Source: Camelus ferus (lineage: Eukaryota). From it: a DNA stretch of 64,000 bases. This document shows positions 25,275-39,290 of the stretch, in pieces. The stretch is taken from the NCBI RefSeq assembly GCF_009834535.1, contig NC_045696.1, positions 111,230,001 to 111,294,000 on the forward strand. The letters run 5' to 3'. The position numbers and the translations under genes are program-made. The notes under the pieces are model-generated. The model saw only the letters and a list, made by a program, of their open reading frames with translations, did no database searches and was not told the DNA's origin. Positions within the stretch are counted from its first letter, which is position 1. Each line of letters begins with the position of its first letter.

Positions 25275-25690
25275 GTCTTTGGTTGGATTCTCAGCATCCT
25301 GAGAAAATATTCTGACTGCAGTTAGCTTGCTTTGGAAATGATCCTCAGGAGCACCAAAAGGGAGGAGGAGGAGGGAGTCAGAGGAGGGAAGAAGCCACCG
25401 TGGTCAACTGAAATTCAGTCCCTTTGGAAGACTCTGGAAGACTCTGGAAGACTGTTGAACTGCCTCAGAGCTGTCCCACGGGAGAAGAACTTACTCTTCA
25501 TCACTTTCCTCATTGGCTGAGGATTGCTCCCAGGGGATTAACTCCTGGGGATCCAGTTTAGGCTGTGTAGACTTCTTTGGCCAGATAAAGCCTTTAGCCA
25601 CAGAGTCGCTGGTATCGACAGTGGACACTCCCAGGGTGCATGGAAAAAGTGAGCTCTGACAAGATTTGGGTGGGACATTGGTGATGTCTC
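25275..25690 (-). mobile_element. LTR33-like ERVL LTR relic
   Basis: tgtctttggttggattc...ggaaatgatcctcaggagcacc...ctcattggctgaggattgctcccaggggattaactcc. Confidence 0.55.
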
Positions 25691-26419
25691 TCGGGTAGCC
25701 TTCAGAGATAACAACATGTGAGACTGCACTCTTGCATTCCGTGCATCAGCCTATTGATTCGCTGTGTTCATTGACTTTGATCCTGAATTCTATAGTAAAT
25801 TTATGAAACTGATCCATGTTGAATCACTGGAGAACAGTAAATGAGGGCTTAGGGTATTAATAGTGGTTTAAAAAAAAAGATTTTGAGAAAAGCATTGAAA
25901 CTATGATCACAGGAAATAATACAATTTTATCAACCCTCCTTTCATTGTTAGAATTGTTTTCATTCTGAATGATTGGGCTGGTGATTGGGGAGGCATGGTA
26001 ACCAGAGCTCAGGGCTTCTAATGGTGTTAACACAGCCCTGAGGATGAAGATGAACACAGTCAGAGCCGAATTAATTTCCTAGCCCTAAGGGCACTGGGGT
26101 TACCTCTCCAACAGACAAGCAGCTGTCTTTTTTAGGAATGGCCTCAGCATAAGAGGAATGAAATTTTAGCAGCAGTGAGTTTATTGAGTGATCCCACCCT
26201 TTTGGCCAGGATGATTGGATATCTGATTCAGATTTGATCTCTGAGGAATTTAAAGTTTGGAATGAAGAAACAGAACAAGAGCTACTGGTCTTGAGTAACT
26301 TCAAGGTAGTAGAACTTTGAAAGGAGAGTCCATGTGGAGATGAGGTCCTGAATCTTTTTTTTTTTTTTCTTTCCAAAGCCAAGGTCCTTAAATAGATCCG
26401 AAGACTCCAAGGTAAGTAT

Positions 26420-27000
26420 GATCGGCATTCATTTGTCTACCCCTCAGTTCCCACTTTCTCACAGGATACTGACTGACGTTCAAGGTCTGTCCTGTGGATA
26501 AGCAGACTCACTCTCAGTCAGATGTGGACACTGGTAAGACCAACTCAATCAGTTAACCCAAGTTTCCCTTGTCGTAGTGAGTGGTCCAGGTAACAGACCA
26601 GTTCATTCCCTGGGCCACGGGGATCACTTAGTTGTTGGACATAGCACCTAATGTCCAAAAAGATACAAGGAGGTATTTTCTGGGAGAAAACTGAAAAAAA
26701 AATCATTCTTGCTTGTGCAAAGTAATTGTCATAAAAGACCACCTCTTCTCTCATGGATGATAATGTGAAGATGTAAAGGTTGGAACTGCTGCAGCCATTT
26801 TTCCACCACGAGGGATGGCAGCTTAAAAATGAAACATAAGGGAAAGCAAAGGGACATAAAGAAACCATGTCCTTCATGTCATCACTGATCATTGAAACTT
26901 TCTCTATCGCAAGAATATCTGGTTGTCTGAACCAATAAACAACTTCTATTGTTTACGCCTGTTTGAGTTGATTTTTTATTTCTTGTGACTGTAAGCACCT
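26420..27000 (+). mobile_element. Old MLT1 (MaLR) LTR relic
   Basis: ctgctgcagccatttt...ccaataaacaacttctattgtttacgcctgtttgagttgattttt. Confidence 0.6.
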
Positions 27001-27004
27001 AGTT

Positions 27005-27370
27005 TGCCTGAGGTCAGGTTTCACAGAATCAGACCCTAAGACAAGGATTCATGTGCACGTTATTTATTAGGGCAGGGATTCTAGGAGGAACCAGGGAGTG
27101 GGGAAAGCAGAGATGTTATCAGGCTAAGTTCTACAGGGGACAGCTTCAGTCTTATTCTGAGATGGAACCTGTAGTGTTAAATTGCTCATAATTTATCCTT
27201 AACCCAAAGCAAGTGATCCGGGATATCATACCTCCGTATAAGTCAGTCATTGGCTAAAAACTGGCCCAAGGGGACATAAAATCCAAGACACTTTTAGCTG
27301 TCTGCGCATGAAACTGAAGTGACTCCACCAGCACAATGATAATATTTCAAAGAGAGTTGCAGATATAGGC
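27005..27370 (-). mobile_element. LTR16/LTR33-like ERVL LTR relic
   Basis: aggtcaggtttcacagaatcagaccctaagacaaggattcatgtgca...tttatt...cagtcattggctaa. Confidence 0.6.
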
Positions 27371-27704
27371 AGCCAAAGACAAAGCAAACAAACAAATGAA
27401 AGAAGTAGACAACAAGAAAAAGCTGAAGCCAGGAAAGGCGTGCGTATAAATGGTAAAAGGGACTGGGACTGGAGGAGGTCTGGGTGGAATACTGGCTGTA
27501 TCAGCTGGGCGGATCCATCAGCCTTCAAATAAAGATGTATTGGTTCTTTTTGTTGGCCACCTACCAAAAGATCCTATAGTTAATATAGACACGTAAACTG
27601 AGGGCGCAGAACCATGGTGATCATGAACATGGTGCTTTTTGCAAAGTCCAAGTAGTGCTTATATGTCAATGCTAGGGAAATGCCCTAAAGAATCCAGAGC
27701 CTGG

Positions 27705-28230
27705 TGTGGTAGCCAGACTCCAAAGCAGCCCCCAGGGATGCCCCGTTCCTGCTATTTTATGCCGTTATGCAGTCTGTTCCAGGGAATTGAGTTGGCCTGT
27801 GAATCAAAGAAGATATTGCAGAAATGATGGAGTGTCACTTAAGAGACTAGATCATAAAAACCACTGTAGCTTCCGTTTGCTCTCTGGGACAACTTGCTCT
27901 TGGGGGAAGCAGATGTCATGTGATACAAGGAACTCACGTAGCTGAATGGAGGAGCCACACGGTGAGGCAGCCTTCTGCCAAGAGCCAGAATCACTCACAT
28001 CCAAGTGAGTGAGCTATTTTGGGAGTGGATCTCCTAGTCCCAGTCGGTCTATTTCTAAGCAGCTCTGGCTGATATATTGACAATAATATTTGATTTGAGA
28101 CCCCAGGCCAGACAGCTCAGCTGTGCCACTTTTGAATTCCTGCCCCACAGGACCTGTGTGAGATAATAAATGTTGTTTTAAGCTTTTACGTTTGAGGGTA
28201 CATTTTTACACAGCATAGATAACTCATACA
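27705..28230 (+). mobile_element. MLT1F-like MaLR LTR
   Basis: TGTGGTAGCCAGACTCCAAAG...gagataataaatgttgttttaagc...gcatagataactcatACA. Confidence 0.85.
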
Positions 28231-28329
28231 TGTGGTAAACCACCTATACTTTCCATATATACACAAACACACACACACACATCTCCCAAGTGGAAATATA
28301 CTTTTTTGAAGAATGAATACATCCCTTTA

Positions 28330-28393
28330 TTCCTTCCTTCCTTCCTTCCTTCCTTCCTTCCTTCCTTCCTTCCTTCCTTCCTTCCTTCCTTCC
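28330..28393. repeat. (TTCC)16 microsatellite, followed by (CATT)n
   Basis: Directly visible. Confidence 0.95.
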
Positions 28394-29129
28394 TTTTTCT
28401 CATTCATTCATTCATTCATGGGGTGTCCATCACATACCAGAAAATGAGCGAGGTACCTGAGATACACTGTCCTAGCCCTATAGGTGCTCTGTCTATAGCG
28501 TATAGATTTCCTAAAACCCCTTGTGTTTGCCTCAGGTTTATCAGCTACTGCTCTCAATATTCATAGAAAATACAAACTGATTGGTAAAGCTACTTGCATA
28601 TCTAGCTAAAAACCTGAACAAAAATGAAAAATGTTAAAATGAAGGCAAACTCCCTAACCAAATGCACGTAAACACATTATTTTGTTAAAAGCCAGGGAAT
28701 CTGTTGCAAAAATGATTCCCCAGCACTGACCAAATGACATCAGGGAAAAGATAAGTCACTCCCATGTACTCAGTTTTGAGTATTTTTTTTTTTGACAAGG
28801 CTACTCAATTTACACTTTGTACATGTTCTCAGAAACAGCAAATCCCTAGAGGATGGAGATAATTGTGCACAATACTTAACACACTCTCTGCTCAGAGTCT
28901 GCTCCACACAAATAGGCTCTTGTGTGCCTGTTTTATTTGAAGGAGGACCCAAGTGCAATGTTCTGAAAACTCAAGGGCACAGTCCAATCTGAGAATTTGG
29001 AAGCTCTGACATTAATTTTCCCAGAAGAATTTGTTCTTTCTGAATACAGAGTTAATGGTGAAGCCATAAAAATCTAATCTGTCTAGTCTTTTTTTCCTTT
29101 TTTTTTTGTAGTTTATTTAAGATTTTTTT

Positions 29130-31415
29130 CAGAATCAATCATGTTATCCATGAATAAAGACAGTTTTTCATCTTCCTTTTCAATCAGGATGCCTTTAATT
29201 TAAAAATAATAATTTTAGATTTACAGAAGAGTTGCAACATTTATATAAAGTGTTGTTCTTTATCCTTCCCTTATCTTCCTCTAATGTCAACATCTTACAT
29301 CCTACAACCATCATGCATTTATCGAGAGTAAAAAATGGACCTTGTACAATACTATCAACTGAACTAGATCTTATTATAAAATGTACCTCTAGTCTTTAAT
29401 AATATTCCTTAGTGAGGAGTCTACTTTCCCTGATACTAGTGTAGCCATTTTTATCATTTGTGTTTGTATGGTGTATACTTTCTACTCTCAAGTTTTTACC
29501 TGTGTGATATTTAAAATGCAGTTTATGTAGAAACTATATAGTTGAGTTTTGCCTTTTAACCTAATCTGATAACCTCTGCTTTTATCTGGACTATTTAGTT
29601 GACCTACACTGATATCTATATAAATATGTAGATAAAAAATTAGAAGTTGGGTTTATACCCACCATCTTACTATTTTTTTATTTGTCCCATTTATTTTGTC
29701 CCAGTTTTTGTTGTCTTCCTTTGAATTAATGTTCAGTTTATCCCCTCTGTTAACTTATTGGCTACATGTTATTTTTTAAAAATGATTTAATTGTTATTAA
29801 TAGTTTAAAATGTACAATGCATTTCTTCTGCTATTGTATATATTGTACATGTATATTCATATATCAGTGTATTATTTCACTTATGAGACCCATCCTACAA
29901 ACACTCAATCCTTTAACCTTTCCAGTGCTGTGTTTAATAGTTTTAATAGATTTTACTTATACACATACTAAAAATCCCACAGTACTTTGCTATTATTTTT
30001 GGTTTAAACAAAATATCTTAAAGATATAAACAATTAGATCATTATCTGTTTTTGTAATTTAAGTATAGTCAGTTGCAATGTGTCAATTTCTGGTGTACAG
30101 CACAATGCCCCAGTCATACATATTTATACACATATTAATTTTCATATTCTTTTACATTAAAGGTTATTACAAGATATTGAATATAGCTCCTTGTGCTATA
30201 CAGAAGAAAACTGTTTTTCATCTATTTTTATATATAGTGGTTATTATTTGCAAATCTCAAACTCCCAAATTTATCCCTTCCCACCCCCTTTTCCCCGGTA
30301 ACCATAAGATTGTTTACTAAGTCTGTGAATCTGTTTCTGTTTTGTAGATGAGTTCATTGGTGTCCTCTTTTTTTTTTTTTTTTTCTTTTTTTAGATTCCA
30401 CATATGAGTGACATCATATGATATTTTTCTTTCTCTTTCTGGCTTACTTCACTTCGAATGAAGATCTCCAGGTCCATCTATGTTCCTGCATCTTTGTATT
30501 TAACCACATCTTTGCTATTTTTTTTTATCATTTCTTTTTATTGATTTGAATTCCTATCTAATATTATTTCACCTTCAGCCTAAAATCTTTCTTTATTATT
30601 TCACTTAGGGAAGGTCTACAGATGATGATGAATTAACTCAGTTTCTTTTGGTCTAAAAACAAAAATCTTTATCTTGGCTTTATGTTTGAAGGCTGTTTTC
30701 CCTGAACATAGAATTCTAGTTGGACAGGTTTTTTTTTTTTTTCCCCTTTAAACACACAAAAGAGGGTGCTTCATTGTCTTCACCCTTGCATTGTTTATAA
30801 TGAAAAGTAAACATTTATTTTTATCTTTTTCCCTTTGTATATAATATATTTTTTCTTTCACATGTGTGCTTTTAAGATTTCCTCTTTATCACTTATTTCA
30901 GCAATTTGGTTATGATTTGTTTTGGTATCATTGTCTTTGTGTTTATTCTGGTTGGGATTTACTGAAGTCATGGATCTACATGGTTTACCATTCAACAAGT
31001 TTGGAAACTGTTAGTTTTTCATTGTTCTATCTTCAAATATTTTTGATGTTTATGTCTTTCACCTTCCTTTCTGGGACTTTAATTATATATATATATGTTA
31101 AGCCATTTGATATTGTCACAAAGACCCTTGTGGCTCTATTCATTTTTTTAAGTATTTTTTATTCTCTCTGAACTATAGTTTGGATTATTTCTACTGCTAG
31201 GTTCTCAAATTTATTGAAGTTTATTGCTAGCAACTAGTCTGCTGTTAAGCCTTTACAGTGGAATTTTCATTTCAGATATTGTAATATTCAGCTCTAGAAG
31301 TTCCATTTGGTTCTTTTTTATAGCCTTATTTCTCTTTTCATTATACTCATAATTGCTTAGCTTTTGGAGCATATTTTATAATAGGTGTTTAATCTTCCTG
31401 TCTGCTAATTCCATT
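29130..31415 (-). mobile_element. Old L1M fragments (antisense) with nested younger L1 ends
   Basis: T-rich block with antisense L1 motifs (atctgataacctctgcttttt, atagaattctagttggacag, tcagctctagaagttccatttggttcttttt). Confidence 0.7.
30050..30490 (-). mobile_element. Young lineage L1 3' end nested in old L1
   Basis: Closely similar to 12655-13075. Confidence 0.85.
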
Positions 31416-31929
31416 CAAAGTTGTAGCTGATGACAGCAAGAACCTTCTGGGCAAAATAAACGGTCAATATAGAGGCAGAAACAGATGCAGTGGCATGGAG
31501 TGAGAATTCTAATGTCAGTACGCCCATTTGGGGCACAGCAATGTGACCTTTAAGATGATATTTTCAAGCGTATCTGTGTCATTGATTGTCAAATGATAAT
31601 GAGCCCAAAGGGCCCCATTTGTTTGGAGTTTCTCTTATTCTGATTTTAAATGCAAATATTTATTCCTCATTCTTCTTGCTCAAGTAATTTTTTATTTAAC
31701 TATGACTGGAACGTCAAAATTTTATTTACAAAGAATTAAGTTAAAAGGAAAAAAAATTCGAGATTTTTCTCAGGCTTTAGGGTTTACCAAGCATGCTCCC
31801 CTCTACTACCAAAGCTCTTTGCTCAACTTATTCTACAGACCAACTCGTAAGCTAGTTGTTGGTCCTCTCCACAGTTTGAAAATGCAGATTCTGGTGTGGT
31901 AGTGATGAGAACTGGAACTTGGGACCAGG

Positions 31930-32360
31930 ACTAAGATGTATTTAACTTTATTTGGGAGGCGATTCATGGAAGCAAGAATGAGGAAGAGGGAAAGAAAAGT
32001 TATCAAAGGCAATCAGGAAGTGTAACTTATTTGTTTACCACTGTGCACCGGGATTCAATCTTGCCAGGGTACCTCTGAGGCATCACGTAGACTATGCCTT
32101 GGAATTTCCCATCTTAAAGACTGTTGAATGCAGGTAGCTCTTCTTGTCAAGTCCTATGCACCGTTAATTGAGGGTTGCCCACAGGGCATTAAATCCTGTC
32201 AATTCTGGCCTGTGTCACTGGCTGAGAGGGCTTCCTAGCATCTGAAGATAGCCCAGACACAGAAAAACAGGGGCATAGCAGCAGTGGCCAGCACACGGAC
32301 TCCACAGCCACTCTGAGATCCATGGTGGGCTGTGACATGGGCCACGTAAAACATCTGCCA
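31930..32360 (-). mobile_element. LTR33-like ERVL LTR relic
   Basis: ctttatttgggaggcgattc...gagggttgcccacagggcattaaatcc...aaaacatctgccact. Confidence 0.55.
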
Positions 32361-32984
32361 CTAATTAGCTAATTTGTAATCCACTCATTTACCACAAGTA
32401 GATTTTCATGTGCTTGTTTGCCTTCTATGTATCTTCTTTGGTGAGGTGTCCATTCAAATCTTTTGCCTATTGTTTTATTGCTTATTATCTTAGTATTGAC
32501 TTTTGAGAGTTCCTTATATAAGTATCTTATTTACAAAGCAAGTGTTTGCTTTATTTTTAAAATGCAGGGTTCCTTTATAAGGGTGAACGTCTTCCTTGAT
32601 AAGCGTGTTTCTTTCCAGTGAGACACAGAGCACCTCCGAGTGGAAGTATTTGTCCAGCCTTCTAAAGACAGATGAGGATGAAGTTTAATCTCTCTGGACA
32701 CACTGCCATCTGGATCTGGGATTAATGACCATGAAGATGAGACTTTAAAGCATTAATCCCAATGTAATTGGAAACGCACAAATATAAACACGTGTACAGA
32801 TTCAGGGGCTGAAGAATCTTTACTAACATTTCTTTTATAAGAAATCTGGGGGGAGCAGGTTAACTGTGACCTTGTGAGCAGATGAAGTAGGTGGCCACTT
32901 CCCACCTGCATTTTGAGAACTGCCATACCTGGGGGAGAGAGAAATTTCTCCCATGTTTAAAACAGGGGAATATTTTTTCGTATT

Positions 32985-33760
32985 TTTAATGGCTTTAATT
33001 GACACACAATAAACTGCATATGTTTAGATTATACAGTTTGATCAATTTTGATGTATAAATATATTTATTATCAAGATAGTGAACAAATGCATTAACCTCA
33101 AAATTTCCTTATACCCTTTTGTAAATCCTTTTCCATCCCCTCTTCTTTTCAGGCAACCACTGATCTATCATTTTCTATCATTGCATTTTAGACAATTGTA
33201 TGTAAAGGGACTCATATAGTATGCACTCTGGTCTGGCTCTTTAAAACTTAGTATAACAATTTTGTGACTAATTCATGTTGTTTCATGTATCAATAATTTA
33301 TCTTCAGGGTCAAATATTTTCCACCTCATTGATTTAGGACAAGTGGTTACTTGTTCACTTATCGATGGGCATGTCAGTTTCTGACAATTGCAAATAAAGA
33401 TGCTCTGAATATTCATATTCAAGGCTTTGTATGAACATATGATACCATGTCTCTTGATTAAAAGATAAATTGCTGGATCAAATGGTATGTTTCTTAAGAA
33501 GCTGCTACATTTTTTTTCCCAAAGTCATTATATCATTTTACATTCTCGCTAGCAGCGTATGACCATCCCAGACTCTCCCCATCATTGCCGACACTTGGTG
33601 TGGTTAGTGTTTTTACTGTGAGTGAGTATGTAGTGGTATCTCTTTGTAGCTTTAATCCACATTTCCCTAAGGACTAATAATGTGGAGTAGAGTTTCATGT
33701 GCTTATTTGCCATCTTTGGTGAAATGCTGTTCAAATCTTTTGCCTATTGTTTTATCACTT
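32985..33760 (-). mobile_element. L1MB/ME-type 3' fragment
   Basis: caataaactgcatatgtttag...caggcaaccactgatct...ttcatgtgcttatttgccatc. Confidence 0.75.
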
Positions 33761-36619
33761 CTTTTCAGACCCACTGCTAGATTTTGTTATTTAAATTATT
33801 AATAAAGAAGAAAACATACTCGATCACACTGTTTCAATATTTTTGATGACTGAATCTTAATATAATTAATTTCCTTGGTAACTTTATGTGCTTTATTTGA
33901 TGGGTTTTAAAACATGTTTCAAGAAGAGATCTGCTGGCTTCACCCAATGATTGAAGATCTCAAAAAATTTTAAAAACCTATGCTTTAGCCACTAGCCTAT
34001 GATGCTTCTGGAAGACTTCCTGGTACAAACATTTGCTGGTTGTTGTGGAGATTTATTTTTATTTCCCCAAGAGGTCCTACTTAGATAATGTTAAATCTAG
34101 TAAAACTCCCAGAGCCCAAATTAGAAACAGATTGTCCCAATGCGTCCTTTATTTGGTGGGTTCAGTCCTGGTGAGTGTCTCTGGGTGTATAGTTTAGAAC
34201 ATATTCTTGAATCAGGGTAGGGTATGCGTGGATATTCTCTGTATTTTGAAGTTGGTCCAGAAATAAACACCCTTCAGGAAGAGCATCTCTCAGGTTTCGA
34301 ATCTAATTAAATGATGAGAAATGCTAGTAAATTAGCCTGCTGTCGGTATTGTAGTGTCAGATGAATCCTCCTATTACAAGGATCCCTGTGCCTCTGCGAA
34401 TTATTTCCTCCAAAATAAATTCAAAATTGGTTTCTTTATTCATTTTTTGTTTGTTTTTAAAGGGTGGAAAAGCAGACAGCAATCTTTAGTAATGACCACA
34501 TCTCTTCAAAATTGAAGTTCAGATGAATACCAAGTTTGGGCGGAGCCCTTGGCCAGAAGTTATATGTCATATGACTGAGTAGACAGATCAGCAAAGCCTT
34601 GCTGCTAAACTATTTATTGGTTACGTGTTTGAACTGATGGCAAAAAAAAAAAAAAAAAAAAAAAAAATTATATTGAACTGTGTTATTGTAGGGGAAAATC
34701 TTTAAAATAAAATTCAAAAGAAATGTAGTTAAGAAAACATTTGGGTTTTACTCATTGTGAATAGAAACTTGTCTGTTATTTATAAAGCAGATGATGACTC
34801 AGGATTGTCACTGTCCCAACTGTGTAGGATATTGTTGTTATGGCATTTGTAACTGACTCAAACTCTATACTTCCAAGCTGCCTGTAAACATATCTTCTTG
34901 TTCACAACTTTGTGCATTCATGCTGTAAAAGAGGGTGAGTTGGTAGACAACAGTGTACTCCAGGTGATTCAGACAAGCAGGTGAGGCAAAGGAAGATCGG
35001 GGTGTATCAGTTTGGATGATTTGGGTCGCAACTAGGAAAAAACAGTATCTAAACTGATAGACGATTATTATCTTGTTTGTTTTGCTTTAATGCTCTCTCC
35101 TATCATGGAAATGGTAGAAATGGCTTCAAGTCAGCCTCATCCAACAGTCGAACAATCTAACAGGAACGCAGGTTCCCTCTTTCATTTCAGCTTCTTCATC
35201 AATGATGCTTTCCTCCTATGGTCATGCGAGCACTCAGGGGGCTACAGGCTTCTCTGATGCTTTGGGAAAGAGAAAGAGTTGTCCCTGCTTGTCCTCACCT
35301 GGACCATGGGCTCATCCCTGAACCATTAGCTGCAGGAGGACACGGAATAAGAGGCTTGGCTAAATCCAGGTAGGGTCCATACCCAGAGAAGGAGACGAAG
35401 TCATTCCCTTCCAAACTGCAGGAATTGGGAGATTCAAAGCCTGCTGTAAAGAGAAAGAGATACTGAGAAGCTTCTGACAAGCATCACCTCTGTAAGGGAA
35501 GAGTGTTCTTAGGGAAGGGCGAGACACAGGCATCATGGGTCTTCTTCTCCTGTTTGATGGAGTCCACTTGGGCTTCCTGGTTCGAGACTGGACTTGGAGT
35601 GGGGAGGTGAGGGATAGAGACTGGGGTGGTGGCGGTTGGAATGAAGGAGTTATATGGCCAGAACTGGTCTCCACATCAGTTAGGGAAGAATAGAATCATA
35701 AAGATTTCTGCTACCACCTTTGACCCCACTCCCCGGGACTCTGAAAGGATTATCCCAAATTCAGCCCAGTTATAATGGAATCCATCCTCAAGCGTAAGTC
35801 AGGTGTATGAAGAATGAACCAAACTCAGTGCATCACGCACACAAGCCGGTGTTAGAGCTAGGGGCGCCTAGTCCTGGGGGTGGACTGCCTTACTGCGCTC
35901 ACCGGCCTCATCTTTGTTTTCCCCTGCTTGTTTGGAGTTGTGGTGGGTGTCTTCTGTTCTGGGGGACATAGCAGCTACCTCCATTGTTGCCTGATACCAA
36001 AGTGCAGACAACATGAGTTTGGCTGTAGCCATTGATAAAGGCCTTCCAGCCAATCTCCCTGCTCAGTTCTGTCCATCCACCCTATGACATATATATAGTC
36101 ATGATTACTTACATTTTCTTGCTCAAAATCATAAAGGTGTTAGTCAGCCTTTAGTGTGAACTTACTATGTATCAGGCACGATTCTAACCACTGCATATAT
36201 ATTCACTCATTTAAAAACATAAAACATGTTTCTTCATTGTCTACACAATAAAACCATCCCATTTAGCAGATGGTTTAGCATCCAAAGCTCCCCATGATCT
36301 GAAACACTTTGACTTTCTTGGTCTGTTCCCACTTGTCCTATATTTCAGACACATAGTTCTTGGTTTCACATTGAGGTGACATAGAGCTGGCAGAAGCACA
36401 AAAGGAAGAGTGACTGATTGAAGTGCTGTCAGAGCACATTTGACAGTGAAGGGAGGTGGGCTGTGACAAAGGAAAGGGGTGCCAGCACACAGACCCAGAA
36501 GAAGGGCATTTGAGAGAAGGCCTGCCAAGCAACGGCACAGAAAGGTCAAATTTCATGTGATGTTTGGCAAACCTGTGTACAGTGACAGTGTTTTGAGAAG
36601 GTGTACTGTATACTTAAGA

Positions 36620-36840
36620 ACATAGATGGTGGGGTCAAGAAAACCTGGAGTCAAATTCCAGCTTTGCATCCTAGGAGCTGTTTGACATGCGGCAAGTTAA
36701 TTTCTTTGATTCTAACTTTCCTCATCTGCTGTTCTCAGGGGGTGAACAGTAATGTTCACCTTTAGATAGAGTCGGGAGGTCATGTATGCCAGTATTTAAA
36801 ACAGTGCCTCACAAGAGTGGAGAGGTTAACAAATGGAAGG
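36620..36840 (+). mobile_element. MIR SINE
   Basis: cctggagtcaaattccagctttgc...ggcaagttaattt...tttcctcatctg...aacagtgcct. Confidence 0.6.
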
Positions 36841-37693
36841 TTTTGTGTCTTTTGTCTTTTTTTTTTTTTTTTCACTTTTGCTAAATGCGCCAAGGAGGAC
36901 TACGTCCGTGCTCTGAGCATCTCCAGGTCCTCTCAGATGAGTATCTGACCACGGTTGTCTGCCCTCTCTGGCTTCCATGTGCTCTGCAAGGGCAGAACAT
37001 GTGGCTGTCTCTCAACAGGACTCCACTCAGGCTGCTGGAACCACATGACCAGCTGATACAGGGTATTGGCCTTGACAGAATGGATAAACTGCAAACAGCC
37101 TTAAAAACAGACACTTAAGTTATCCGTGCTTTCTCCAAACGCGGTACTCCTGGTGGCCTTTCTTGTTGCTTTTGCCGTGGCGCGGCAGAGACAGCATGGG
37201 CGCCCTACCACCCTGACTCTGGCTGCCAAGAGGCCCAGAAAGCCAGAGCCATTTCCAGGAAGGCGCCACAGCTCCCAGGCAGCAGCATGGGGAACCTGGG
37301 GTATAATTGCCATTTAACCAAACTTTCCTGAGGGAACTTAGAGGCTTCCTGTGTCTTTTTTGGTTTTATAGGCATTAATAGACTATGTTGATTGTCTCTG
37401 AGTTCTGAGCTCTGGGTGAGTGGAGGGCAGGGTCGGCAGATACAGCCGGATACACAGTGGAGCTCGCTTGCTGCATTGCCTACTGGAAATATAGCATGTT
37501 AGTGAGAGCCACGCCCAGGGGGGCAGGCATGCCTACAGTGACACTGTGCAGACTCTGAGGAAACCAGGGAGCTCCCACTCTCCCGCCGCAGTGCTGGGTT
37601 GCGGTTTTCTATTTCAAACCCGGTATTTAGGATCTGAGTCACCCATCACTCGTCTCTCCTAGCTGGTCCCATAAGTGCACAGTCATGCCCTGA

Positions 37694-37910
37694 AGAGGGC
37701 CTGGCAAACTGCAGCCTGTGAGCTGAGTGTGGCCCATAGCCTGTTTTGGGAAACAAAGTTTTACTGAAACTCAGCCAGGCTCATTCATTTATGTATTACC
37801 TAAAGTTGCTTTCATGCTCACAGCTGCATCGAATAGTTGCTCCCAAGACCAAACGGCTCCCATAAGCCTAAAACATCTGGCCCTTCACAGTGAGAGTTTG
37901 TCAACCTCTG
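37694..37910. mobile_element. MER58A (opposite orientation to the 1343 copy)
   Basis: tggcaaactgcagcctgtgag...aaagttttactgaaactcagcca...tctggcccttcacag...gtttgtcaacctctg. Confidence 0.8.
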
Positions 37911-38294
37911 CTATAGTATAGGTCATGAATGAAAAAGAAAAATCTCGTACAGAAGTAAGTCAAGAGAAAATATCTCAATAAACTGAGAAATAGGAATATA
38001 ACTCATTATATAGAAATATAAAGGCAATGACAAGAAGAAAGAGTTAAAAGGTTTAAAAGTGGTGACCCTCTTGGGTAGGGCCAGGAAACTACTGTTTTTT
38101 TTTTTAATATAAATTTATTAATACCATAAAAATTTTCAAAATAAAAACGTGTATGACTTTGATTAATAAATAAACATATAAAACAATGAACAACCACAGC
38201 ACCCTCCCTTTACTCCACCTTTCTCTGCACCCATCGCCTCTTTCTCTCCTGTTATACCAAAATCTCTTGACTTGTCCAGATTTGCTGCTTCAAT

Positions 38295-39290
38295 CAGGTG
38301 AAATCTGGCTTTAGCCCCATCACACTAAGGAAGCTGTTCTTGTCAAAACCATCATCATCCTCCATTTTGTCCAGTAAGGGCCTTTACCTTGTCTGATTCT
38401 CAGCAGTGCCTGATACAGTTCACTCCTCCTCCTTTCTTAAAAGGTTTAGCCTCCTCATTTTCCTCTCCCTCAAAAACGATCCATCCCCACTGACCTATGC
38501 TGGTCTTTGTCAAGCCAGCCGTTTTAGGTCAACCTGTCCCAGGGCTTGGCCTAGCATCGCCTTCTTCTCCATCAACATAGTCCCCTGTGAGATCTTATCC
38601 AGTCCCACGAATCCAGCCCAGATCTGTCCAGGTTTTGTAATAGTTATTTCAAATAACAGGGCTCTTGAAAAGCTCCCTACATCCCTCACCCCAGTGTCCC
38701 TCCTACCAGGACTAGTCTGCTCCGTTGTTAAATTGCACGACCTGGTAACACAAGCCCCACGTCCAGGAGTCATTCTTGATTCCCTGTTCTTTCACTGTCT
38801 CTTCTAAACAGTCACTAAGTTCTTTCCACTTTACCTTCAAAAATCAATCTCTAATTTGTTCACTTCTCTCCAAGTCTGGAGCCAGTTTCTTAATTCAACT
38901 CACCATCTTGTCTTACCTGGTCCGCTCCTAAGTGCTCCGTCAGCATCTGTTCCTGCCCCACCACTGTTCCTTCTCCATACGGCAGCCACAGGATCTTTCA
39001 AAAATAAATCAGATCATCTTTAACACACACCCCTATGACTTCCTATTCATAGAATAAGCCCCAAACTGCTCATAATCGTCTGCAAGGTCTCTGGGGGGCC
39101 CCTCCTCCTCCCCTTTGTCTACACCTTCCTCTTAGGCATTGTGCTCCAGTCTCACTGGCCTGCTTCTGGGTCTGTGAACCTTCAAACCTCCTCTACCTGC
39201 ACAGATGTGCACTCACCCTTCCTAGAATGCTTTCCCCAGCGTTACACATGGTTTCTCTTCCCTCTAATTAAATCTCTATTCTAAGAGTAA
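38295..39290 (+). mobile_element. L2 LINE relic including a decayed RT region
   Basis: tctggctttagccccatcacactaaggaagctgttcttgtcaa...tctcagcagtgcctgatacagtt echoes the L2/CR1 RT motif SGFRPHHSTETAL..DLSAAFDTV; L2 3' motifs follow. Confidence 0.7.

Noticed and set aside
34642..34667. Poly(A)26 as the tail of a processed pseudogene
   Set aside because: There is no upstream polyA signal, TSD or recognisable mRNA-like body.
38406..38807. 133-aa ORF
   Set aside because: It lies in a decayed L2 relic with disrupted RT motifs.
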